A DNA stretch of 64,000 nucleotides from Paraphysomonas bandaiensis (taxonomy: Eukaryota > Protista > Chrysophyceae): positions 62,001-126,000 of the forward strand of contig CBFFRP010000078.1 of assembly GCA_965644295.1 (NCBI GenBank), read 5' to 3'. Shown in pieces: positions 13,436-24,563 of the stretch (positions are counted from its first letter, which is position 1; every line of letters starts with the position of its first letter). The notes below the pieces were generated by a model that saw only the letters and a program-made list of their open reading frames with translations, was not told where the DNA came from and did no database searches. The position numbers were made by a program, and so were the translations under genes.

Positions 13436-15818
13436 ATGTTTGCATCAAGTAGTATGGATCTGTCGAAACCTATTTCTCGCCGTCGATCTTCTCTGGTATC
13501 CACGAAAACATCTGTGGATAGTTGTGAGGATAGAAGGGATCCAATATTCGTACAGGCGAACTATACGAGAGAATGTGAAGTCCAGAATCGAAAGGTGGAG
13601 GGTGATATTTTCATATGGTTTAACTCTGAAACTCTCATTTGTAGTTTAAATATAACCTAAGCTTGGCTCAAAGAATATTTTTGGTGTTAGATGACCCGTC
13701 GACATGGTGAGCTTGTAGTAGATATATTTTTAACTTAACCAATACATCTCGAACAGCTTGTTGGCCAAAGTGACATCAGTATTCATGATTATCGTCATCG
13801 TTCTTAGCTGTGCCATATATGTTCTCTCTACTGATCCTGGTGTGAAGTGAGTATAAAGTTCATTGTATTGTTTCCTTCCTTTTACCGGTGTGGCACAGGT
13901 ATCAACCCTCGGACTGTGATAGTCCAGTCTGCGACAACGAGCCGGAATGTCCTGGCAGAATTGTTTGTGAACCTGAGCCTCCCAAATACTTTTTTACGAT
14001 TGAGATTGTTTGCATTGCCTTTTTTACGGCGGACTATACCCTGCGCATGCTCTTTGTTGGCCTTATGCCGCCTCGGTAAGAGATATTCGTGATGTCGTAA
14101 ATTTCTGTCATCGGTATACTCGCCAGGCTTGCAGGCGTGCTTCCAAACGACTGGGACGAAGTGGCATCAGATACCTTCCGGCAACAGAAAGTAATAGTCC
14201 CAGACCCTGAATTTAGCCCGTGGTGGATATTATTGAAATACTTCATACAGCCTATGAATATTGTTGATCTCGTTGCAATAGTCCCTTTCTTCATAGAGTA
14301 TGCCACTTCCTCTGGGTCCTCAATAGCTATCGTGAGAGTTCTCCGCCTGGCGCGTATGCTTAGGATATTTAAAGCCAGCAAATACAATGAAGGAACCAAG
14401 TTGCTAGCGACCACCTTAACGCGATCCTTTTCTGCACTCTCACTTCTCTTCTTTTTTACCGCCTTGGGAGTGGTGCTATTCGGATCTCTCATCTACTTTG
14501 TGGAATCAGGCAATTATACCGTCACAGAAGACTACCCGGATGGGGTGTATCTGCGGAAGAATCTCAGAGGTAGTTTGCGTTGTACCTGGTCGTAATGGTG
14601 ACTTATGACCTTTGCAGGGGACGAAATGGAGATATCGCCATTCACCTCCATTATCGTGTCATGTTATTGGGTGATTGTGACGGCAACCACAGTCGGGTTT
14701 GGCGACCTGTACCCTACTTCGAGTGGGGGACGACTTGTGGCATGCGTTTGTATGTATTGCGGACTGCTGGTATTGGCATTGCCTATTACGGTGGTAGGAT
14801 CTAACTTTTCAAGAGTGTACTCGGAAAAAGAAGAGCGCGAGGAATACGAAAAAGAAATGGAGGAGCTCTTCGAAGGAGTGGCTGCTACCCAGTCCAAGAA
14901 AAGTGGTCCTCTACTAGGACCAGTAAGTTTCAAACCCATCATTGCTCACTTTTTGTGTTTCTAAATGTATGTAATACATATTATATTACGCAGTTCGGTG
15001 GGGCGTTAAGGGTACGTACAGTGAGCTCCAACCCGCCTGTTGTCGATGCTTTAGGTGACTCTACCCATGATCCTGCACCTACAGTCCCAATTAGAGACGA
15101 AATGGAAATACCACCACCGACGAACAAGCGTGATATTTTGAAAAACATTCAGCGCGATAAGTCAGAGAAAAAGGGGGTGGTAACCGACCCTGGAGACGTA
15201 GAGATGGACAAGTTTAACTGTCGTCCTAGGGCCAGTTCTAACCCTGAGTGCAACTGGAGACTAAGGTGCGCTTCAAGTGGAGCGGTGCCTCTTCCCCCTG
15301 GCAAGAGGATAATCCCTATTATAACACCAGCCCCTATCACCAAGAAGTATATATTCAAGAGACAGATAATTAAGATTGGGAGAATTATGAAGGGCGAAAA
15401 GCTACTTCGCAATCGAAAGGTAGCCGCTCGAGTAAACAACAGCCCGTATAGAAGCCCTGGACAATATGTTGGCTCTCCTGCAGATTCTACTTCCGCACTG
15501 TCTATATTAGCGGACGGATCATTGGATAGCCTTAATTCTCTTGTTCACATATCTGAGCAATTGAACTGCCTGATCGATATGCTCAAGGAAAGTCATCGAC
15601 TCAAGCAAGATACCGCCACAGATGCATCGACACGGTGTCCGAATGATCACTTAAGTAGCAAGTCGACGAGTACTAGCAGCGATGACGCAATACACCAGAC
15701 TGGATCAACGACGCCATCGTATTGCGCTGACTCTGAGGTCTTCCAAAAGCACCTATTGAAATATTCTAATTTAAGTAAAAGCGAATCCAAAAGTGAATAC
15801 GATGACTATGACTCATAG
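13436..15818 (+). CDS. Voltage-gated potassium channel (6TM Kv-like), multi-exon
   Basis: S2 [17 protein letters not shown]3 [13 protein letters not shown]4 [14 protein letters not shown], pore [18 protein letters not shown]6 [16 protein letters not shown]. Confidence 0.92.
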
Positions 15819-16635
15819 TATATATTGTTTGAATGTTGATTTATCGCCTGAATGAATTATATCTGATATGATGCGTGCATAGTATCTTAACTGAAATACT
15901 TACACCAGTATTAGCATATAGTAGTTTTTCGGTATTTGTACGTAGACTATATTTTTCGTATTAAGTAGTGGATGGTTTGCTTGTTTCTGTAATAATACGT
16001 ACGTAACATTGTGGCATCACTTTTTATTCAGCTTGTATAATGGTTGTGTCCACCAATTTGGACAAGATTTTTTTTTTACTCCTGTAGCTCCAAAGGCCTT
16101 GTAAAGAATAATCATATTTAATTACTTTCAGCATCTAATAATCACTATTAATAGATAGCACTAAAATAACGCACCCAACGTGTGTCACAAAGTTCATTGC
16201 TACTGCTAACAGTCAGTAACAGTTCATTGCTGCCGGTACATCACATAGATGCCACTGGTTCCTCTGTAGTGATTATACTTGACAACTAGGTAATTGGGTA
16301 AACTACAACCCAATCGTCGCATCAAGTAAATAGGCGCATGTTAATAGGCAAATTTTTCGTTTTTTTATAACCAGGATCATGTCGGCACCGTAGGGGCACT
16401 CCAATCCTTTTACACTCTCCTCGCCGTCCAGAAAGTTATAAAAGTACTTTTTCTTTTATATGAAATAGTATTCAGTATTCAGATCATTATTTTGGCACTC
16501 TCTGCCAAATGTTAGTAATTCGGTGTTCTTTTCTGCTGATTATATTATATTATACATAATGCATGTAATATTTATATGTTTGTGTTATATACTTATTACT
16601 ACTGTTTTAAATACAATGAAGTCATATATATAAAA

Positions 16636-17688
16636 CAGGGCCTGGTAACCGTTAATGGGCCATTAATGGTAGTCCAGTTTCCGGCAATTATAATGGCATT
16701 AATGAAAAATGTCCCGGAAATTAAATAGCATACTACGAATTGCAACTACTTTTCCTTGCTCTCCACTTTGGCACATCAGGATCTTCTTGCAGGGCTTCAT
16801 GAAGGGTATAAGCATCCCACAACATGTAATTGGCTCGTAGGAATAGCAACGATTCTAGACGCTACAGATTCATGTTTCTACGCTCAGGTGTGATAATCAA
16901 CTTTGAAAGACTAAAGAGCCTCTCAACAAAAGTAGATTGTGCTTCAATATGAAGCAAGCAGCGGTAGTTGGACTCATATAGGTACCAAGTCGAGCTCTCT
17001 TGGTGCTCTCGGTGCAAAGTCAGTTCCTTCACTCTCGTCCTCGTTACTTCTGTCGGGTGCACCAAAATCAATGAATGAATCCAGTTGCAGATGATCTCTA
17101 ACTGCATTTCTCTCATTGCCTGTCAACTCTCTTTCATCGTTCCCTTGAATTTTAGCCACTGACTTCTCAAAATTTGCACTGACAACAATGCTTGCATTCA
17201 GGGAAAGGTACGGATGCAGCTCTGGAAATTCTTGTAGTAGTATATCAAATAACTGGCGGGCTTGGTACAAATTGGCTCCATATCTTTGCAAGGCGAGCGT
17301 AACACTCTGTAAATTTCAAGTTGCGTCAAATATTTTTTCATGAATGTTTTTAGGTGAAATATGCATATTTTTAATAATTATTTTAGAGTGTTTGGGTAAA
17401 TGGGTACATTGCTATGGATATTCTCTAACTCTAAAATGCATTGAGAATATAGTGAACAAAGTTACCACAAAGTGCCTGTAGAGTTGTCATGAAAATTGTT
17501 GTCTAATATTGTTTAGAGTTATATATATAGCAGTACATGTCATTAATGGGTTTTCAACGCCTATTGCTAAATAATAAGACATTCAATATGTCATTCATGG
17601 TAGTCCGGTTCCCGGAAATTATAATGGCATTAATGACAAACGTCCCGGCAATTATAATGCCATTACCATTAACGGTTACCAAGCCCTA
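16636..17688 (-). mobile_element. Defective hAT-like DNA transposon family H2 with transposase C-terminal remnant
   Basis: TIRs CAGGGCCTGGTAACCGTTAATGG and CCATTAACGGTTACCAAGCCCTA; degenerate 8-bp flanks ATATAAAA/ATATGAAT; broken ORF with hAT dimerisation-like motif STFVERLFSLSKLIITPERRNM..LESLLFLRAN..LW. Confidence 0.8.
17550..17587 (+). mobile_element. 38-bp retroelement tail insertion nested in H2
   Basis: GTTTTCAACGCCTATTGCTAAATAATAAGACATTCAAT matches the SINE/LINE 3' terminus; 13-bp TSD ATGTCATT(A/C)ATGG at 17537-17549 and 17588-17600. Confidence 0.8.
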
Positions 17689-18053
17689 ATATGAATGATT
17701 CTTTCTCCCGTTTCAATTATTTTTAAATTTCATAGATGATTTAAGCGTTTAAATTGTGTGGAAGATTATTTCCTTGTAACATATTAGCAGACAGTTGTAA
17801 CAGTCATAATGTGGCTGAATGGAGCTCTATACCAAATAGTAAGTTTTTGTCTAATCATAATATGTAACATGATATTCCTGTCGTGTGTAACATTACCTAT
17901 CTGATCACGGTGCACACCAGTAAATACCTTTGGTGTGTAGATAGGGAGGTACATCTTTTCGCTACTTCATTATGTTCAAGCGCATCAGCAATATATATTT
18001 TTATGAAAACACATGCGTATTGCTTATGTATTATAATATTAATCACAGTAACA

Positions 18054-18515
18054 TTACTCTAAAAGTTTCTTTAGCTTTATTGCTCGTTTCAAAGTTTTGC
18101 TGTGCAATTCACTTGCATCTTCATCAACACTATGATCTGTCACACTCACGTCATTATTGATGATCGAATCTACTTTCTCTGCTAGTCTAACTCTTACCCC
18201 TCCTTGTACAGATGCAAGGTAGGGACACAGTTTCTTGAACAGTGCGCTGTCAACTTTAGTTTTATCAAATGCATTATTGATTGCCCATGTCTGCAATACT
18301 TTATTGAATTTCCAAGCAGCAGGATCAGTATTTTTGTTTTCCCAATTCGTTAAGTAATTCCTTAAATCTTCTTGAAAATTTCTACCTTCATGTGCGCACT
18401 TCTCTTCCTCGCTTACACTTACAGCTGAAAGATCATTAGTGCTCGTGCTCTGCAACTTCTGAGATGAGGATGCCTTTGCAGCCTTTCTTTTCTTTTTGTT
18501 TTGTCCAGTTCCCAT
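18054..18515 (-). CDS. WKF-domain protein (C7orf50/DUF2373-like)
   Basis: YLTNW...AWKFNKVLQTWAI...YLASVQGGVRVRL after a basic N-terminus; the start at MGTGQ is inferred. Confidence 0.8.
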   Translation of the reverse strand: MGTGQNKKKRKAAKASSSQKLQSTSTNDLSAVSVSEEEKCAHEGRNFQEDLRNYLTNWENKNTDPAAWKFNKVLQTWAINNAFDKTKVDSALFKKLCPYLASVQGGVRVRLAEKVDSIINNDVSVTDHSVDEDASELHSKTLKRAIKLKKLLE

Positions 18516-18967
18516 TGCTTTATTGGTAATGTTATAACTATCCTCTGTACAAGTGAATGGCACAGTTGAGCTTGTAATGAATGGTAGGATGCATGTGATT
18601 TCTGTATTCTATTCCAGTATTCTACAATGAACTCCAACTCAGCATCGTCATCAGCAGCGAAAACATAACCAAAAAGTCGCCAAAAAAAGATCCTTTTGTA
18701 GTCCTCTGTGTGTGACCTCAGATCACCCGCTACGTATGTGATGAGGCTAATGGATGGGACTGTACGGTATAGTTTGTATACAGGGCAAAACATTCTATTC
18801 TTGTTCTGTATGTCTTGCAGCGTGTCTCTTAGTTCATATTGACAGACAGACCTTCATTATACCAGTGTATATAATTAGCACCCTTCTACATCTGCTCTAG
18901 TGATGCGTATTCGTGTTTCGAGTTGCATTTAGTGTTGTGAGACAAGGACAAATACTATTTGCGGGAT

Positions 18968-20683
18968 ATGTCGAATGCAAAGGCCAAAGCGTCAGTTGTC
19001 AGCAGATATGACAGCGTTGTCAGTGATATGAATTCTCTTGCAATAACAAGACATTATCTTGGGTTCGATGAAGAATTCTGGGAAAAAGTCGTCAGAGCGG
19101 CAGAGGGTAAAGCAACCCTTGATAAGGATGATGCGAAACACATCATCACTTTACTTCGTGGTGGTGGGGAGGATGCAACAGAATCAAAAATTGCTTCTCT
19201 CATTGTAAGCCGACTACGTGATCAGCAAGACTTGCTGGATGAGGGGTTCCTTCAGTACCTCAGTGAAAACTATAACAATACCTCCTTGCAATCCCGCCAC
19301 GACCCCGAGACTGTTCCAATGAAAACAACAGAGTCTGCTGCGGAGTTAGACCACAGCCCTGCCAAAGTAAGATTAATTTTGTGTTGAGATATAGCTTTTA
19401 ACATTATTGTCTGTATAGCCGTTTCGAAGACTTTCTTCCCAAGTTATAGATGTCCTTAAAAACTTGAAGAACTGGGACTTCGACATATTCGCACTACAGG
19501 ACATCACTTCGTCGCCGATAGTAACAATAACAACCCATTGCCTCACGGAATATGATTTGATAAATGCTCTCGACTTTGATTCTGGAAGACTACGTAGTTT
19601 CTTAAGTTGTATTCACGATGCGTACAATGCGCTGCCGTACCACAACTCTCTACATGGTGCAGACGTCACACAGACGGTGTTTTACTTCCTTTCTACCGCC
19701 CATGTGATTGAAGCGCTGCAACTAAACCAGATTGCTACAGCTTCAATCATTATTGCTGCAGCAATTCACGATGTAGGACATCCTGGGCTGAATGGGAAGT
19801 TTTTGATAACGACAAACTCTCAGATAGCGATTCAATACAGCGACAAATCTCCACTGGAAATGATGCACCTTGCGACCGCCTTTCGACTCTGGAGAATGGA
19901 TGATAATAACTTCACAGAAAGAATTCCCATAACTGTCTACCGAGAGATGCGCCGTCTTATAGTGGAGATGGTTTTGCTCACCGACAACGACATGCACTTC
20001 GCTCTGCTTAACCGTCTGGATCGACTCATCACAGTACATTCCTCATCTCCTGACCAACCACCCCTTCCTCCAGCTACTTCTGAGTTACAATCTGTCCCAT
20101 ACTTACTGTCGACCCGTACCCCTGCCTCTCATCCTAATACAGACGACAGACAACTCCTGCTACTCCAGGTGAATAATATCTGTACTCGTAAATTCGAAAC
20201 TATTGTGATAGTATATGTGTAGGTCACACTCCACACGGCTGACGTGTCAAATACAGCTAAGCCTTGGAATATTTATAATGCCTGGTTGGAGAGAATTATG
20301 GAGGAGTTCTACTTGCAGGGAGACATGGAGCGATCATTAAATATGCCAATCTCGTACGCGTTCGACAGACTCAACCCGGTGAAGCAGTCTAAATTTCAAG
20401 TGGTATGAAGCAGTGGGGTGATTCTATTTGCCCTTTAATTTTTCGTTTTAGGGGTTTATAAAGGCTATTGTTGGACCTCTCTACAAGACATTCTCTAAGA
20501 TTGACGGTATCGATATATCCGAGTGTCTAGAGCACCTATCTTCCAATGCAAGGGTCTGGAAGAAAGCCATCGCTGCAGAAGACAACGAGAACTGTTCACG
20601 GTGAGTTCAAAGTTACAGCTGCCGCGTACGGTAATAATTTGTTGTCTAGACCTGCAGATATTTCTCGAACCGATTCTATTTAA
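18968..20683 (+). CDS. Class I 3',5'-cyclic nucleotide phosphodiesterase, multi-exon
   Basis: WDFDIF, YHNSLHGADV, HDVGHPG, HTADVSN, EEFYLQGD, Q..GFI motifs; stop TAA at 20681-20683 after an inferred last intron. Confidence 0.92.
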
Positions 20684-21174
20684 TGTGAAGCTTATTTTTC
20701 AGCTGTTTCTATCTGTTGCAGTATGAGCTGTCTTCTGAAGTAGTGCGTCACTTTGAAGTGAGCGCCTGATGGATAATATATTACTGGTGGTGTACAAGTT
20801 CATATTTGGGTTTGTAATATATTACTCCTTGTTTTGTAGTACGTTAAATTGAGATGGGTGATAATAAATGAACATTTTCTAAATGTTAGTGGTGCCATTA
20901 ATCTGTCGGGTTGTGGTAAAAGTGCTTCGTGTCATATTTATCTTCACGTTAATTTTAGATATGTATCTTAAATTACAGAACTAAGATTAGTTACCTAATT
21001 TTGTAGCTCAACTTAACTATTTTCTTATATGTTTTCTTCAACCGACATACTTATCGTCGTCAGCCTTCAGTTCATATGTTCATAGTTCATATCCATTGAA
21101 TTTTTTAGTTTTAATCAATAGACTTTGCTAGTATAATACCGATAACAATATATTGCAATATATAGGATATCAGA

Positions 21175-21295
21175 ACGACTAGGTATAATACTATAATTGG
21201 CTAGGTTGAGTCATTTATTGCTTTGACTAGATTTTTACACCGAAAATAGTATGACTAGGAAATTCAACCAAATTGACTAGGTTGAATAATATATC
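21175..21295. repeat. GACTAGG-motif dispersed repeat
   Basis: Reverse complement aligns with 59935-59952 joined to 60664-60770, a copy interrupted by LINE family 2. Confidence 0.55.
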
Positions 21296-21412
21296 TCAAT
21301 ATATATTGTCATCAAAAATAAATAATAATATTTTAAAGACCAATAATACTTAATAAATACGTTGCAATATATTGAAATACATGGATAATTGATATATATA
21401 ATATATATTTGG

Positions 21413-21499
21413 CCCTCAACAAAGTCGGACTCGCACCTTTTCGTGGTGTTCTGGGGGATAAGTACCGGAGAGATTCTCTCTGGGAAACTAACGTGAGCC
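21413..21499 (+). ncRNA. Candidate HDV-like ribozyme fold at the SINE 5' end
   Basis: P2 CUCGC/GUGAG, P3 ACC/GGU, L3 UUUUCGU, P4 CCGGAGAG/CUCUCUGG, J4/2 CUAAC. P1 is imperfect and there is no certain G+1. Confidence 0.45.
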
Positions 21500-21921
21500 G
21501 CAAACATAGTCAGCAGATATTCTTCTGCCCACGCATATAGCCGAATGCTTGTGTGGTACAAGGGACACCAATAAGTGTCACTTGTGTAGACGTCTTTGGG
21601 CCCTGACGAATAAACAGGCATCCGGGAATGGGCCCACCTCAAGGGCATCCGGGACAGGGCCCACCTGAAGGGTAACCGGGGTATTGGGCTGCCTGCTGAA
21701 GTCAAGCATCCGGGATGTTCACCTTAAGAACTCAGAGCGGAAGTGGTTGCACCTTGGTGCTTGCGGCGACGCACAAGCAGCTTCCGTAGCGTTAAATAGT
21801 AGGATAAAAAAAGTGTGTACTGATTAGTTACAGGTAGAGGTCTAACTAGTTTATCTAGTATTCACCTAGCTACTAAGTTGGTGCAGGTTTTTAACGCCTA
21901 TTGCTAATAACAAGACTTTCA
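21413..21921 (+). mobile_element. SINE-like element, family A, full length (tail variant A, same as LINE family 1)
   Basis: Flanked by ATATAATATATATT at 21396-21409 and 21922-21935; the last ~185 nt align with LINE 3' UTR 1800-1990. Confidence 0.9.
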
Positions 21922-22454
21922 ATATAATATATATTGGGTACTAAAAAGAAAAATTAGCTCGATCGGTTACACGAGAGGAGGACTGTTGAGTTCTGCAATA
22001 TGATGTGATATATAATATATATTGTGTAATTGAAGTGAGTTAATAGTGTGCAATAGGTGAAGCCAGCTCATAGGTGTAACGGGTGAATATATTTACAAAG
22101 GAATAAATTTAGTTACTGATGTGTGACTATATAAGTTATAGGAATGACTGGTGAACATATGATAAGCAGATGTTGCTAGGACAGATGATTTACCAGATGT
22201 TACATGAATACAACAAAGTGCATTGTGTTCAACAAAGCAAGGTTAAGGTTTACATGTAGAGCAAAGTTAACTTCAGTGAATTGTCCAATTCTAACAAGGA
22301 CAGCATGCTTAAACGGCTTGGAGTTTACTATTTGGTTAACAGCTTGACAGAGAAAGCACCAGTAAACAGTCACCCGATATATATGCTCTGTAGAGTCATT
22401 TATTTCAGTCTAATATCATTGGTCCTCAATGCATGAATATTTCTGAATATTCTA

Positions 22455-22685
22455 GTATAGAATGTTTTATTATTATCAAAAGGTGTGTAAGAGTTAGAAC
22501 ATATGTCGCCAAACAATTTAACTAACTTGTGCTTAACTCTGATATTCTACTCTTTAACGCTACGAAATCTGCTTGTGCGTCACCGCAAGCATCAAGGTGC
22601 AACTACACATCAGCTCTATCGCTCAAAGCAAAAGCAGTGAGAAAGCAGAATGTTGTTATACCTGTCATCTGCGGACTACAGGATA
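22455..22685 (-). mobile_element. 5'-truncated SINE copy (tail variant B)
   Basis: Reverse complement of the junction motif and of tail 11450-11536; TSD CTGAATA(T/C)TCTA at 22443-22454 and 22686-22697. Confidence 0.8.
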
Positions 22686-23409
22686 CTGAATACTCTATTA
22701 CCCATGGCTAGGCAACAATATATATATTGAAATAGTATTACCCATGATTTCACGTGTTGTTTGTTCAATATTTAGCATTCCCGCTATTTAATAGTCATGT
22801 GGGCAATAATAATAATGTTAAGTATTTCTACAAACATCGTATTTTCAAAAACTTGAGGAAACCTAGAATTAAGTGACCTACAACTTACAATCGAACGTAA
22901 GCTTCATATCTCAGGCTGCTTGACCCCTGGCGATAAAGACTTTGTGGATCCGTGGTTAAATATATGCATGTTTAGTTACCGTAGAGTTGTAAGAAAAACG
23001 GGGAGTTTGAAAATGATATAGCTGACTATTTCCAATTCTACGAAGCAGAATTTCATTTTTCGCTCTCCATTACTGATAAAATAAAATAGTACTACTCTAG
23101 TACTGGTACCTATTTTAAGAAAATAAATTTACAAAATACAAATTGAAAATATATTATTAACGCAGAAGAAACATTACTTTCAAATCGATACACACTGGGG
23201 TGGGGGCTCTTGAAGCTATAATGTCGCAAGAATTGGATATATGACAATCGAATTCTCACAAGTTAAAATAAAAGTACATGGTGCGTGATGCAACAAGCAC
23301 TTGCGATTGGCGGATGAAACACACATCCCCAGTCGGTTTCTAACTATCATGTCTACTGCTATTCGGTATAAATATGCATCTGTTCCTATGCATGGTCTAT
23401 TTACCACAC

Positions 23410-24183
23410 TTACGAGGAAGCGCTGTCGACGGAATCGTCATCGTATGTACCCATATCAAGCGCATCCATGTCCCCATTGTGAATGGACTCACTATCCGCG
23501 TCAGAGCATAAATCTTTCTCTTTCCTGGACACAAATCTGCCCTTAACCCTTGGGCGGGTGTCTGCAAGACGCTTTCTGCAGTCGTATTTGATCTGCTTTC
23601 GCCAGACACGACGCTTTTTTTTCGCACGGAATTTCTCGATCAACGCACGTCTTTCCAGCTTGGTGTATGCTCCAATTTTAAAATTGTCCGAGTTATCAGG
23701 ACGAGGGTTAACACATTCGGGTGGAGTGTAAGTTGGCATTACAGTCGTTACACCACTGCCGCTTTCCAGTTGCACAGTTGCAACCGCATCGTCATTGTAG
23801 CTCATTTTGAAGGGCTGTTCCTGGGTCACAGGCATTGCCACTTTCTTATCTTCATGATCAAAATTATTCTTCGCCATTTCTATCCTCGAGTTAGCTCTTT
23901 TTCTGTTGTATGTCGTCTTCCTCTGATCTGCAACGACCATAGCATCAGCGTGCAGTTGCTCTTCGAATCCCAAGTCCCAACTAAATGCACGGTCCCGTAC
24001 ACCAAAGAACTCTGCATGATTTGGCAAAACTAGTAAAGATTATTAAAAGCAAGGTTAGAATAAGGTCAGTGCAAAGATTTCTTACTTACAGTCATCATGC
24101 TCATCAATGTCACGTTTGAGAGCGGGATTATGCTCAGATTCATCCAACAAACTCATAACGAATTGAAGGTATCCGTCATCCAT
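23410..24183 (-). CDS. CCT-domain protein, two exons
   Basis: RRALIEKFRAKKKRRVWRKQIKYDCRKRLADTRPRVKGRFV; upstream exon MDDGYLQFV with a GTAAGT donor. Confidence 0.88.
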
Positions 24184-24563
24184 ATTGCTGATTTCTATTG
24201 CTAAAAACTAGAGATTCCCAATGATATGTTGCGTCCAATGTGTTCTTAATGCAATGGGGTGGCAATTGCTACAATTGCAACGACAATTTTTCTTTTTTTT
24301 GCCTGTGTGTGTGTTTTTTCCTAACTTGAAACAGAAAAAGGTTGCTGAGAAACAGCCATTCATCTTTACCGCATCTTCAACAGATACAATAAATTTCAGT
24401 GTGTTTTTTAGTTATATCTGCTGCTCGTGATTCTACTTACCTGATTGCTGAAAGCTCCAAATGTGATGTTGTATGTACATGAAATGCATATCTGCTGGAC
24501 AGATGCGACTCGTAACGAGTTATAGTTATTAGAGGATGAGAAATAAGGATAGCATTAACTGAA

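Noticed and set aside
21602-21620. CUGACGA in the SINE as a hammerhead core
   Set aside because: No GAAA or stem III/UH in the required arrangement.
21780-21810. CGUUAAAUAG resembling the pistol ribozyme linker
   Set aside because: No adequate P1 hairpin or pseudoknot, and not conserved in LINE family 2.
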